DNA from: the human T2T-CHM13v2.0 reference genome, Homo sapiens
Assembly: GCF_009914755.1 (NCBI RefSeq)
Contig: NC_060931.1
Strand: one strand, 5' to 3'
DNA length: 64,000 nt
In this document: one piece after another, positions 25,430-38,480 of the stretch
How the letters are laid out: each line of letters opens with the position of its first letter
Numbering within the stretch: position 1 is the first letter of the stretch
Translations under genes and position numbers: made by a program
Notes under the pieces: model-generated
What the model was told of the DNA's origin: nothing
Database searches by the model: none
What the model saw: the letters and a program-made list of their open reading frames with translations, nothing else

Positions 25430-26016
25430 ACAGAGCACCCCTGGCTCCAGGACTTGGAGTGGGGATAGACTGCAGTAGAAGTGGTTTTGATGTCTAAGGT
25501 ATGGGCACACATGGTGTGATGTGCAGCTTAGGTCTGAAGCTTGGACATGCATGGAGCAGCTGCCACTCCAGGGTCTGGGGCATGCATAGGTTTAAGAAGG
25601 TGCTGGCTTGGGTTCTGGGCAGCACAAAAGTTGCCCTTTTTTGGGAAAGGAATACACAGCATCTCCCTCTCTGAGGGTTTTACGGTAGCAATAACTATTG
25701 GTTACCTCAGTGGTGAAAGCTATCAATATCCTCTGTAGAAGAGGCCACTGGGGACCATGGTGGCATCTGCCACATGGCTGATCCTGAGAGCCCCTGCCCT
25801 TTGTTTTCTTCATAGCCATCGCCAGACATCCCAGGTATGCCATTCTCTCCAAAGATCTTTTCTGTGTGGCTTTTGTTTGTGTTTTGCTGCAGGTTCTTAA
25901 TTAAAATCTTTAGCCCTCTCAAGGCTGTTTATTTTCGTGTTAGCTATCTAATTTGTTCTTTGTGGGGCATGAAGGCTGTGTCTCCTACTGTGCCATCTTA
26001 CTGATGTTACTTCTCC
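25430..26016 (-). mobile_element. L1M 5'UTR (antisense), 5' end at ~26012
   Basis: Reverse complement gaagtaacatcagtaagatggcacagtaggagacac is an L1M 5' terminus. Confidence 0.65.
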
Positions 26017-26149
26017 ACCTAGAGATATTTAAATGTCAAAATACATGAAAGGAAACACGTTACAAAAATAAGCTGCATTTTTAAAAAGCTCAATTATTCC
26101 TTGAAATTTTTGCAGACCTTTCTCAATCATATAATACCAACAAGAAAGT

Positions 26150-26698
26150 TGTTTTGGAAAGGAAAGTGCTGGGCTGGGCAGCCATGCACAGCTTGACAAC
26201 CACTGCACAGTTGCACGAGTGTGGCCTGGGGCCTGGAACAATTTCTTGCATAAAAATAAGGCACCCTCACAGCCTGTGCTGAGCTAATCTCTTTATTTTG
26301 GAATATTTTTCTTTGGTTTGGGCTTGATGTGTACTTTTCTGTTCTGCTTAAGCATCTTTGTTCTATGGCTCCTGGCCCAGCCCTCTCATCTTCAATTTTT
26401 GGCAAGAAGCAAACAGGTCGTTTGCCTACAGCGCAAGATACATACCTACAGATCATCTTCCTGCATCCATCATCAGGTGATACCCACTGGCCTTAAGGGA
26501 CCAACACTCACTGTTAATTCTGATGCTACTCTGTCTTTCTCTATGTGAGTAAAGCATTGCTTTGTCTATATAAGTGGTATCTTTCTTGGTGATGATTACA
26601 CCTGCCAGCTATTCAGTGGGTTGACATTCTGGGACTGCTGCTCCTTGGTGGGAAACAGATACCACTTGCTTGACTGAAAGCTTCCCAAAGCAATGACA
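26150..26698 (+). mobile_element. Possible ancient LTR
   Basis: AGTAAA poly(A)-like signal near 26548 after a CT-rich tract, ending ...tgaca; family not recognised. Confidence 0.3.
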
Positions 26699-26954
26699 GT
26701 TCAAGATATCCTGATTGCAAACCTTGGATAACACAATAAAGAATAACTAAAGTCTAATTTTTTAGTTACATATGAAACAGGAAATGTATGAACACATGCC
26801 AACAAATCAAATCCAGAGAACACATCAACATAAAGCAAAGTTTAGTGAAGGAAAGCAAATTTTATACAATATCAGGTGACCTATTAATAGTATGCATTAT
26901 ATTTAAAGTACAATGAACGATAAAAAACTTATAAACCCTAAAGAGGAAAAATTA

Positions 26955-28385
26955 ACCAATGGGAAAACACACTATTTGATTTAGACACTATATAGCTACA
27001 ACAATCAAGACAGAATTATCCTAGTAGAGGAGTAGACAAATAGTATAATAGTACTGAAGAGAGAATGCAGAAATAGACCTACACAAGAATGGCCAACAGA
27101 TTTTTGACAGAGGTACAAAAGCAATTCAATAAAGAAAGCTCTTCCTTTTAGCGAATTTTGTTGGAACATTTGGACATTCACAGAAAAACAAAACAAAGCA
27201 AACCTCAAACTATACTTACACCTTTATACCTTACATAGAATTAATTTAAAATGGATTACAAATGTAAATATAAAAATGTATATAACTTTTAGAAGAAAAT
27301 ATTGAACAAACTTTTTGTGACTTAGGCTTAGATGAAGAGTTCTTAAACATAACACTATAGGCATAATCTACAAAAGAACAAAAGATAAATTATATTTCAT
27401 CATAATTAGAAACCTTTACTCTGCAAAAGTTTCTGTTAAGAAGATGAAAAGACAAATTACAGACTTGTAAAATGTTGATAAATCACATATTCTTCAAAGG
27501 ACTTGTATTCAAATATGTAAATTGCTCTCTAGACTCAGTGGTAAGAAAACAAACCTCTAATAAGAGAACCAGAAAAATACTTTTAATATACACTTTACCC
27601 AAGAAGATATAAAAATAAAATATCTAACAAATGGAAAGATGTTCAACATCATCAACCATCAGGAAGTTATAAATTACAATCATGATTAAGATACCACTAC
27701 ACAACTGTGAAAATAACTAAAATAGAATATCCTGGGAATACCAAATGCTGATGAGGATGTGGAGAAACTGATTCTTTTATGCACTGCTAGTAAGAATGTA
27801 AAATAATATTGCCACTCTGGAAGACAATTTGACATATAAAAAATAAATTTAATCATACATTTACCATATCATATAGCAATCAACCACACTGCTGGTAATT
27901 TATTCTAGAGAAATTAAAACTTACATTCACATAAATTCCATATGTAAATGTTCATAGCAGATTTATTTGAAATAGCCAAAAAGTGGAATCAACTTAAATG
28001 TCCTTCAATCGGTGAATGGATTAAAATAACATGGTAGATCTAAACAAGGTGATATTACTCAGGAACATAACAGAATGAACTATTAATCCAAGTCATAATG
28101 CAGATAGATCTCAGGGTTATTATGTTGAGTAAAACTACTAATGTCAAAGAGTTGCGTATTATATGATTTCATTCATATAACTTTCTCAAAGTGAAAAATT
28201 GACAGTGATGGAGAAAAAATCAGTGGGTTCTGATGTTAAGGGTGGGGAAAGAATGCCTTGATTAAAGGTTGACATTGGGGAGTTTGTAATTATGGAATAG
28301 TGCTGGGTCCTGATTGTGGCAATGGTTACTTGAATCCACACACATGATAAAATTTCATAGAACTACATACATACATAATAATTGT
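26955..28385 (+). mobile_element. Old L1M (L1MC/MD-like) ORF2 3' part and 3'UTR
   Basis: cagaaatagacctacac...gatttttgacagagg...gaggatgtggagaaactg...atgttcatagcagatttattt; A-rich. Confidence 0.85.
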
Positions 28386-30699
28386 GCATAAAAGGTAGTA
28401 AATGTTGACCTGTATTAGTTTCTTCATGTAGCTTTATCCTACCTCCTATAATAAAGCTAGGAGATTAGGCAGAAGTACTAGGTCAGAACATTGAGAGAGA
28501 AAAAAAACAAGGACTTGCCAAATCCTATCACCTAAAGCATAGTAAAGCATTGCAAGAATGCTTACTTACTGCATATAAGTAATACTTCCTACTGATAAGA
28601 TAGAACCACATAGTCTTTTCAAGCACCTTCTATTTACATTCTCTACCAGACTTTATAAAGGGTGAGCCTGCTAGCAAAAATCAGATTAAATAGGGTGCTT
28701 TTGTACTTGAGACTGTAATTTCTTATGTTTGTAAGCAGTGGTCATTAACTTAAAGACTGAGGTAATTAACAGAGAATCAAGGGCAGTGGATAAAATGAGC
28801 TAGTTTTAGGCTTTTGCAATATGTTTATACAATATTTTGGTTGTGCCTACAAGGAAATAGAGTTGACTAGAAGCAAACAGACCAGAATTTTACTGTGTCT
28901 GACTGGGAGTATTCTGTGATTACTCAACCTCTAAGTTTATCCTTTAGTTGCAGGGCTCACACCATCAGGAAGTGGGCTGCAACAGCTATGTAAGGCCCAG
29001 GAAGACCATGCCCTCCAAGGTTTCAGATGTGGCCATGAAAGACAAAGGACAGAGAAACCTTGCACTATTGCTACCTTTGCCTGTCATTGGGCACAGTCTG
29101 AAGATGTAATGCCTTAAGTAGCTGAGGTAACAAACATGAAAAATATCCAGTCTCCCTGAGGCTAGGGAGGAAGAAGGGCGCTAGACATCAGTTCACACTG
29201 ATAACATGGAGTTACTAAGGATCCCTGCAATGCCTACCTCAAGCATCACTGGTGACAGAGTGTGCAAACATCGTTCACATTTAATCCATCATTAGGCAGT
29301 TTACCGACAAAAAAATATAAAATAAAACCCAAAACAAAGACAAAGACAAAACTCTTAACTGCCACATCTCATGCTCTACATTGTTTTAGCTTGTATGTTC
29401 CTTGGTCATTTTACAGTCATTTTAATAGGGACTTAGTTAAAAGGAGGTCGACAAGTATACACTGTATGCTGTATGAAATAAGAAGCCTAAGAATCAAGCA
29501 TATAATGAATGTGTTTTTTTTTAACCATTGGAGAAAGGATGAGTTAAGGAATACTCTTTGAGATGGGGTTTGCCATTTGAGAAAATGGGGCTCTATAATA
29601 TTTCACTCAAATGTTATGATTAAATTTTATTCCTGAACTGGCAAACACAGTAATTTGTGAATAAATCAGATAATTTGAGCTTAAGAAAATTTGCCTCTTA
29701 TTCTAATGATAATTTAGCAAGTCAGTCATTGTAACAGAAACTCACTTGGCTTGAACCTTAGTTTCATTTTCTTAAATTTGTGAGAATGATATTTATATTA
29801 TAGGGCTCGTGTGACGATTTGAACACATAGGCACATGTGCATACCCCCTAAATTCCAGTCCTCTCAGTAGTAGCTTGCTGTAGTTTAGACCTGTGAAATG
29901 AAATTTGTGTGTCTCAAACAAAACATGCCAGAGTATACAGAGAACCTTCTGCCATGTATCTCTCTTCCTGCAGTGCTTGCTGTCATGAACCTCAGCTGCC
30001 TAATCTAGCATCCTCTTCACCAGAACTGCCCCAGTCAACACTGCTCTGGGTGCTCCATCTCCAGCACCCAGCATGTGCCCACAGTTGGCCCCTGAAGCTT
30101 GTGCTTATTACACCAGCTTACACTTATCCAGGCACATTCACTGCTAGACTCAGACACCACTCAGAACCCCAGCAACCTTTGCAACTACTGCAAGTCCCCT
30201 AAATCTTTTACCACCAAAGACCAAACAGTTGATAATGACATGGACCCCAGCTGCTTAAGCCATCAAGCCACCTTTCCCTCTCCCAGACCCAAATCTGACA
30301 CATGCCCCTGTGTATGGTACGCCACTCCACTAGACCCAGTGTTGCACCACACTCCAGCATACCCTTTCTGTCGGTATATCCATGCTGTCCACATGCCTCA
30401 AAGTTGAAGGTCTTTCCTAACTGGAGTCAGTCCCTAAAGTTTGCAAGAGGTGATTACTTCTTCAAATGTGAAGACACCTGTGCAAAGCTATACAGAATCA
30501 TAAAAAGACACAGAAACATAATGCCCTCTAAAGAACACAATAAACTTCCTCCAAATGATTGCAAATAAATAGATATCTATCAGCCATGTGACACATAACT
30601 AAAAACAGTTTTTCTAATAAAGCTTAATAAGGTATAATAGGACAGAATTAAACCATTGAATACAATACAAGAACAAAATTTGGAGTTCAACAACAAGAT

Positions 30700-30705
<6 letters not shown>

Positions 30706-30736
<31 letters not shown>
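30706..30736 (+). repeat. (CA)n microsatellite
   Basis: acacacac run inside L1 ORF1. Confidence 0.95.
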
Positions 30737-30741
<5 letters not shown>

Positions 30742-32404
30742 TTCTGAAGAATTCAATGTCTGAATTTTAAAAACACAACAGAGAACTTTAATAGCAAACT
30801 TGATGGTGTAGAAGAAAGAATCAGCAAACTCAAAGACAGGTCATTTGAAATTAATCCAATCTGAAAGAAAAAAAAAGAATGAATAAGAGTTAAGAGAGCC
30901 TCCAGAAATTATGGGACACAATCAAGAAAATATATATATACACATTATGGAGTATCAGAAGGAGATGAAAGAAAGATGCAGAAAACTTATTTGAAGAAAT
31001 ACCCCAAAACTTTGCAAATCTAGGAATGAAAATAGCCTGACTCAAGAAGCCCATAGAATTCGAAACAGATTGAACACAAAGATGTTTACATCAAATCACA
31101 TTAAAATTACATTATTGAAAATCAAAAACAAAGAGAGAATTTTGAAAGAACTAGAGAAAAGTTATTTGGCACATACAAGGAAACCTCCATAAAACTATCA
31201 GTGGGTTTCTCAACAGAAATCTTATAGACCAAGAAAGTGTGAGATTACATGTTAAAGTACTGAAAAAAATTTCAACCAAGAATCTATAACCTGCAATGCC
31301 ATCCTTTCATAATGAAGAAAAAATAGAATATTTTCCAGACAAACAAAAATTGATGGAATTTTCACCACTAGATGTGCCTTATAAGAAATGTTTCAGGGAG
31401 TTTTTCATATGAAATCAAAAATATGCTGAAGAGCAAGGTAAAAGCATATGAAAGTATAAATCTCACAAGTAAAGGCAAATATACAGTCAAATGGAGAATG
31501 ACATAACACTATTATGGTGGTATGCAAATTACCCATAACTCTAATATAAATTTAAAACACAAAAGTATTAAGAATAACTACTGGAACAAAATTTTGGTAA
31601 TGGGTTGATATTATAAACAAGAAGTAAATTCTGACTTTAGAAACACAAAGTGTGGGGAGTGGTAAAGTGAAGATTATTGTATACAACTGAATTTAAGTTA
31701 TTATCAAATTAAAATAGATGATTATAACTCCAATAATATTTGCACAAGACTCTTAGTAACCACAAAGGAAAAACCTATAGTAGATACACAGAAGATAAAG
31801 GGAAAGGAATCAAACCAAAACACCAAACAATCCACCAAATAATAAAGAAGATAGTGAGATAGGAAGAAAAAAAATGCAAAAGAGGTAGAAAACAATTAAC
31901 AAAATGACAATAGTAAGTTGTTGCCTAACAATAACACTTTAAATGTAAATAGATAAAACTGCACAATCAAAAGTCATTAGAATTGATAAATGAATAAACA
32001 AGATTCAGTGATATGCTTCATGCAAGAGACTAACTTCAGACATAAGTTCACAACATACTGAAAGTAAAGGAATAGTAAAAGATATTTTATGCAAATGGTA
32101 ACCAAAATAAAGAAGGGGTGGTTATATCTGTAGCATACAAAATAGACTTTAAGTCACAAGCTGTCACTGGAGACAAAAAAATCATTGTGTAATATCAGTT
32201 CGACAGTAAGATATAACAATTTTATATATATACATATCCATCATCAGGGTAACTAAATATATAAAATAAATGCTGGCAAGTCTGTTGGGAGAAATTGGCA
32301 ACACACAAGAATAGCAAGAGACTTTTACTTCACTTTCAAAAATTGATAGAACATCCAGATATGGAAACAACCTCCAGGATTTTCAATGGATAAGTGGATA
32401 AAGA

Positions 32405-32408
<4 letters not shown>

Positions 32409-32452
<44 letters not shown>

Positions 32453-32460
32453 GAGAGAGA
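32409..32460 (+). repeat. (CA)n(GA)n compound microsatellite
   Basis: ~20 CA units followed by a GA run. Confidence 0.95.
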
Positions 32461-33025
32461 AACAAAGAAACAGAGAGATTGAAATCTTATTCAACCTAAA
32501 AGAAAAAGGATATTCTGCCACCTGAGACAACATGGATAGAGCTGGAAGAGATTATGTTAAGTGAAATAAGCGAGGCATAGAAAATACTTCTTGACCTCCC
32601 TTTTTTGTAGAATCTATAATAATTGAACTCACAGAAGCAGATTTTCTATGGTTGCCAGGGGCTGAGGGAAGGGAGAAATAGAATGATATTTGTCAAAAGG
32701 TACACAATTCTAATTAAGCAAGGTGAATAATTTCTGGAGATCTAACCTAGAGCATAGTGATGATACTTATCAATATCTTATTGTATACTTGAACTTTTCC
32801 AAGATGACAGATCTTAGATTTGATTTATCACACAAATAATAACTATAAAGAGGTGATAGATATATTAATTATCTAAAATATGTTCATCATTTCACAATGT
32901 ATATTCATACATATACATCAAAACATCATGTTGTATGCCTTAAACATATATTTTTATGTTAATGCACATTAATGATATAATAAAGCTATGCTTTATTGCT
33001 ATGTCACTAACATAAACATTACTGT

Positions 33026-33120
33026 ATTGTAAAATAAGTCTCACTGATTCCTAGTAAAAGGTTGAAGATTGTAAAATATGTCTCATTGATTCCTAATAAA
33101 AGACTGAAGATTGTAAAATA
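33026..33120 (+). repeat. 42-bp tandem duplication, about 2.3 copies
   Basis: attgtaaaata recurs at 33026, 33068 and 33110 with near-identical intervening sequence. Confidence 0.9.
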
Positions 33121-34699
33121 CATAATGGATCCTTTTGTTGGATTGCATGTTGTCAACACAACATCACCATGATGTCCTCCGAAGGTTGCCTCTGTATTGC
33201 AAAAAAAGAAGGCAGGAACTGCATTACTAGTGTGATTTGGGGTTTCAGCTGACCACTGTGAGGAACTGCATATGATTTGGGAAGCTGAAAGAAAAGAGAG
33301 GTAATTTTTGTCTAACACAGCTATTCATGGTTTCCAAAACTCTCCTGAGAACCACCCATTTTGCTGCTGTACACTGACATGTTTAGTGGGAGCTATCCAC
33401 AAATTCTTAAATGTTCAATTGGCTCCTTGAGAATTGCTCATATTTGCGATCCTAGCTGAGACCGTCCTTAGCAGAGTGCCTGACCTTCACTCCTCCAACT
33501 CTTCCAACATGGTGTACACTCCAGTTTCTCTATATTAAAACTATCAGCATTTGATATACCTGAACTTTTAAGTGCAAGAGCAGCTTCCATCTTCCTGACT
33601 GAATTTTGACAAAACGACCATAACCACCATTCACAGTGTTACTGTGTATATTAGCATGAAAAATCTCTTTAACTTCTGGTTCCCCTCAGATCTTAGAGGC
33701 CTGTTGATGGCATTAAAATTCTTCACCCCCTTTAATTTTCTATCCACTAAAATCAAGCCATTCTTGAGAAGTTCTTCAGTGTTCCTCTTTGACTTGTTCT
33801 CCTGTTTCCCTTTCTGCACTCATCATTTCTCTTGAGCTTCCACAACATACTCTCTCCTCACAGCTAAACTCATCAGTGATAACTTTCTATGCAACCAGCC
33901 TTTAATTAAACATTGGCTCTCTTCCAGGTTTACTAGATCATTTGCAATAGGGTAAAGATTCAACTATACCCCCATTAACCAAAAGGCTTAAAGGGGCTCG
34001 CACTTCTCCTGACATTAAAAAGTAAAACCAATCAAGTTTTTTCTCAATCTACTCTTCTCCCTCCCCTTCAATAGCATCTCCAGTAAATTACTACCCATAA
34101 CATACAGGATTTCTTTATATCATCACAACTGCCCCAGTTTTGAGGTGTAAATATTCATTTTGATGTATATTCAACACCCTATACATTCAGATTTTACTTT
34201 CTCAACTTTAAGAGATGTTTATCTACACATCAGCCACCCAGAATCCCATAATGATAAGAATTTCTCATATTTCTGGAGGTCTCCAACTTTGAAATCATGC
34301 AGGGTCCTTCTCTTTTACCATCACCATCAATAACCCCAAGCTTTTCACCTTCTTGTACTCAATATGTCTCTGCTTTAATATTATGAAAACATCAGGTTTC
34401 TGCATAGTTCTTTTTTTTCTGCCTCCTTTTAGTTTATTTTTTACATAAATGCTTTCTTAATCCAGTTAGGGTACATGCGTCTATGACATCTCACACTATT
34501 TCTCAGCACTTTTTAAGTTTTTATATTTCCACTGTAATACTCTGCCACACCCCAGCCCTAGCTAGGCCCATCCTGGGACCTTACACATGGGCTGCAGTGG
34601 AGATCATAATTATCATAATGCCATGGTGTGCAATCTCCAGCAGAGTGTGAAAGGATCCATCTGCTGTAAGTCCACAACCAGCCACTTTGCCCATTTCCC

Positions 34700-34825
34700 A
34701 CACCAGAGTAAAAGATGCTCAAGGTCAGGTTGTTGGTACTTTCCTTCTTTATATTCCCAGTGCCCAGAACAGTGACTAACGTATGCTAGGTACTGAGTGA
34801 ATCTTTAGCTTAATTGAATAAAGAT
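34700..34825 (+). mobile_element. L2 3' end
   Basis: tatattcccagtgcccagaacagtgactaac...aggtactgagtgaat...tgaataaa. Confidence 0.7.
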
Positions 34826-35880
34826 CATTTTACCAGCCTTTCTGAAGTTTTACCTCTCTCTCCTAATCCCTCCATACCCACACACTCTCAAGAAGATGAG
34901 CTATCCTCCCCCAATGCTGACAAAAATAGAGCTATTTGACAGAAATCCCTCAAATTAGACAATTACACATTTACATGGCAAATATGAATCATACTTTTAA
35001 AAAATATTTTCAGGAAATGCCTTTTTTTTGGTTCTTTATTATAGATTGATAGTTTTGTGGCAATGGTTCAGCAGGAATATTATTCTTGGTTATTTCGAGG
35101 CTCACTTAGTCTGACCCATGTCTCAAGGGTTTCAGTTAGGTATCTCCTGCGTTCATCAACTCCCACAGGAGCTCAAGCTGAGGCCACGGTGGTGTCCTTT
35201 ACGTGGTGTGTTTAGCTCAGTGGACTGCATTTATGTACCACTCTTGGGACAAGCAGAGGCTTGGTGCAACTGAGGCCTTGCTGAGGACCTGGCTTCCCGG
35301 TGGTCAGTGAACATTCCACTGAGGGCCTGTGTTGCAGCTTTCCTGCTCATTGGGTTGTCGGATATCTCTTCACTCCCTCCAACCATCTCATGTTCTTCCC
35401 AGAAACTCTTTATTTCCTCAAACCCTTACTTATTCAATGGGCATAGGTTTTAGAAAACAAAATCAGGAACAACTTTCTCCCGAGTTTGAAAGCACAGCTA
35501 AAGTCTCCTGATTACTCAGGGAAAATGAAGGGAAAAATACATGGAGAAGGCAAAAATGAATATTTCAAAAATAATTACACACAATAATTTATGTAAAAAT
35601 AAACATGTTCATCTCTCCTTCCCTTTCTCCTGTCAGAAACCTCCTGTGGCAAGGTCCTCAGCTGAATCTAGGATCCCCTCCTCAACCATACCCTGGGGAA
35701 TTGCTCCATTATTCATGAGCCCTTTCTCTCTCATTTTACAACCTCTCAATTTTTACTGCTTTTTTTTCTTTTAACATATTCATGCTTGCATTAGTACAGC
35801 ACCTCCAACTTTAAATAGTATCTCTCAATCCTGTCCATCCAGTGTCATGGGCTCCTTATTCCCTTCTGCAGCTACATATT

Positions 35881-36219
35881 TGCTATGGTTTGAATGTGTC
35901 CACCCACATTCATATATTGGGATCCTAAACCCAATATATGAAGTGATGGTATGAGGAAGTGGAGCCGTCGGAGGTAATTAGGTCATGACGACGGAGTCCC
36001 CAGAAAGCTGCCTCCTCCCTTCCACCACGAGGCGCCACGTGATGGAAGAAGCAAGACGGCACCATCTATGAACCAGGAAGCAGGCTCTCACTGGACACTG
36101 AATCTGCCGATACCTTGATCTGGGATTTCCTGTCTCCAGAACTGTCAGCAATAAATTACTGTTGTTTAAGCCACCCAGTCTATGGCATTCTGTCACAGCA
36201 GCCTGAAGGAACTAAGATA
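35881..36219 (+). mobile_element. MaLR solo LTR (MLT1A/MST-like) within L2-like sequence
   Basis: tgctatggtttgaatgtgtcc...ccagaactgtcagcaataaattactgttgtttaagccacccagtctatgg...actaagata. Confidence 0.88.
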
Positions 36220-36599
36220 GTCTTTAAAAGAGCGGTTGACAACTCCATCCTCCATTTCTCATAACTCAATCACCCCTCTGTTCACTACAACTGGATGCTT
36301 CCTCCTATCTATCAGGCATTTTCTGTTCCTTGTTACAATTGACTTTGCTACGGCTTATAACATGATTAAGGACAATAAGTACCCTTTACGCCTCGGAACC
36401 CTCTGTCCACCATCACCTGTAGCAGCCATCTCCCAGTCTCCTCCTTCTCTCTGGCCGGCTCTCCCTCAGGTTTGGTCGTGAAGTCTTATTTCTCTCTTTC
36501 TCCCATGACTGCGCGTGTTCTCTGGGGTCCCAAGTTCCTTTGTTATCCTCTCAAGACACTTCCCGTCTGCAGCTTCTAGACAGGTCCAGATGGTTTTCT

Positions 36600-36964
36600 T
36601 TCCTTTTTTTTTTTTCTTTCTTTTTTTTTTTTTTTTTTTGAGACAAAGTCTCACTACAACCTCTGCCTCCCAGGTTCAAGCAATTCTCAGCCTCCCAAGT
36701 AACAGGGATTGAGATTACAGGTGCTTGCTACCATATCCAGCTAATTATATATATATATATTAATATATATATTATATATATATAATATATATATTATATA
36801 TATATTTTATATATATATATATATATGTTATATATAGTATTTTTAGTAGACACACGGTTTCACTATGTTGGCCAGGCTGGTCTTGAACTTCTGGTCTCAA
36901 GTGATCACCTCGCCTCAGCATCCCAAATAGCTGAGATTACAGACACAAGCCACCATGCCTGGCC
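36600..36964 (-). mobile_element. Alu with a (TA)n-expanded linker and a right-arm deletion
   Basis: TSD agatggttttct (36588-36599 and 36965-36976); (TA)n at ~36745-36836. Confidence 0.93.
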
Positions 36965-37080
36965 AGATGGTTTTCTGTTACAACTTTTACTAATTGCACA
37001 AAAATTTTCAGAAAGCTATAAATCTCTGATAAAAGAAGGACTTAGAATTCTCTTATAATTATAATTATGATTATGATCAT

Positions 37081-37228
37081 TGAGAGGGTCTAGCTCTGTT
37101 ACCCAGGCTGGAGCACAGTGGCACAATTATGGTTCACTGCAGCCTTAACCTTCTGGTCTCAATCAATCCTCTCACCTCAGCTTCCTGAGTAGCTGGGACC
37201 ACAGTCACATGCCACCATACCCGGTTAA
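37081..37228 (-). mobile_element. Alu right-arm monomer (FRAM/AluJ fragment)
   Basis: ctctgttacccaggctggagcacagtggcac...gtagctgggaccacag. Confidence 0.85.
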
Positions 37229-38329
37229 GCATTCTTCATTTCAGCAATCATTTTCCAGCAAATGCTCTGCTAATATTAATATCCATTTTTAAAGTTACTT
37301 TCTTGTTTAAACATATTTTATATAAGAAGTAATTGACTGTACACATGTATACCACGTGTTTGTGTATGTGTGTGTTTGTATTTTATAAAAGAAATTTCTC
37401 TTTACATTAACATTCTCCTCAGGTATCCTAGAATTTAGACCTGTCTGTCTCTATAACCTGTCACAATCAACCTCTAACAAGTTAGCATTAAGATGTGTGG
37501 GGTTTTGCTTTATTTGATTTAATTGAGCTGCATAATTATTCATTTTTAAAGTTTTAAATGTTCAAACAAGTTTTTAAAAACACACCCTAGCTCTATTTAC
37601 ATCTTATGTTCTTACTCCCTTGGTGTGTGAGAAAGAAAAGTGACTAATGCTTGCAGAGGAATCAGAACACCTTTCAGGAAACTTGCATAAGGAAGTGGGC
37701 CTGGGGGGTGCATAATACTGGGCTATTCCATTACATTCTTTGGAGGGGAGTTGCTGCTGGGACCAGTTACCCTAACACAGAAGAAACCAGGTCCCCCAGC
37801 TGTCAAGATCTTTTCTTGGGCAATTCCAATGGTAGAGAAAATATACAGTCACCAGGGTGCACTCAGAAAGGGGCTGGACTGGCAGGAGCTCTGTCTATAA
37901 CAAACTGAGTCTCTCCACAGGAGCACAGCTGCTCCAGCTTTGTCCACTACACTTTCCGTAGATGTGCCCTGATGTTCTGTGCCCTGGAGGAGGAATATTC
38001 TCCTCCCTAATTCTTAGCCTGAATGATAGTGCTCCCAGGCCAGTATTACCCACAGGAGGAGACGTTCACTATAAAGGTAGTACCTGCTAGAATTGTTGGA
38101 TAGTTACTATAATGGACTCCTTAAAGAAAATAAAACTGCAAAGTTACCTGTTTTATCAAAAGCATACCATGAGTAGATTATTTAACAAGTGCGTAAGTTT
38201 CAACAAGCTTGACTTCCTAGGATGATTGAGAGGAGCTGACATGAAGCCAAGAGACTGAACCTAGCATTCCTGGTTCAGAGATTCACCGGGCTGCAGACCT
38301 GCTTGTTCTAGGAAGCGATGGTTTTGCAT

Positions 38330-38480
38330 CATAGCAGTGCAGTGGATGACTCAGGACGTCACTAGAGAAGACTAGGAGGACCTGTGTTCAGATATTAAGC
38401 TTTTCCATAACTAAGTCTCAGTTTTACTTTCTATAAAAATAGGGGTGATACGTGTGCCTGTACCAGATGGCCTTGAGAGA
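38330..38480 (+). mobile_element. MIR fragment (a second probable MIR piece at ~38680-38850)
   Basis: ctaagtctcagttttactttctataaaaataggggtgata. Confidence 0.65.

Larger units (their letters stand above)
29930..32965 (+). mobile_element. L1MA-type element: 5'UTR, ORF1 and endonuclease fused directly to the ORF2 end and 3'UTR (large internal deletion)
   Basis: ORF1-like gaagaaagaatcagcaaactcaaagacagg; endonuclease-like atatgcttcatgcaagagac...; junction at ~32357; 3'UTR aacatcatgttgta. Confidence 0.82.

Noticed and set aside
33026-33120. CRISPR-like repeat-spacer array
   Set aside because: The whole unit repeats with no unique spacers, and the context is mammalian.
35050-35420. Possible MLT2/ERVL LTR fragment
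   Set aside because: Resemblance is too weak to name or bound without a database search.
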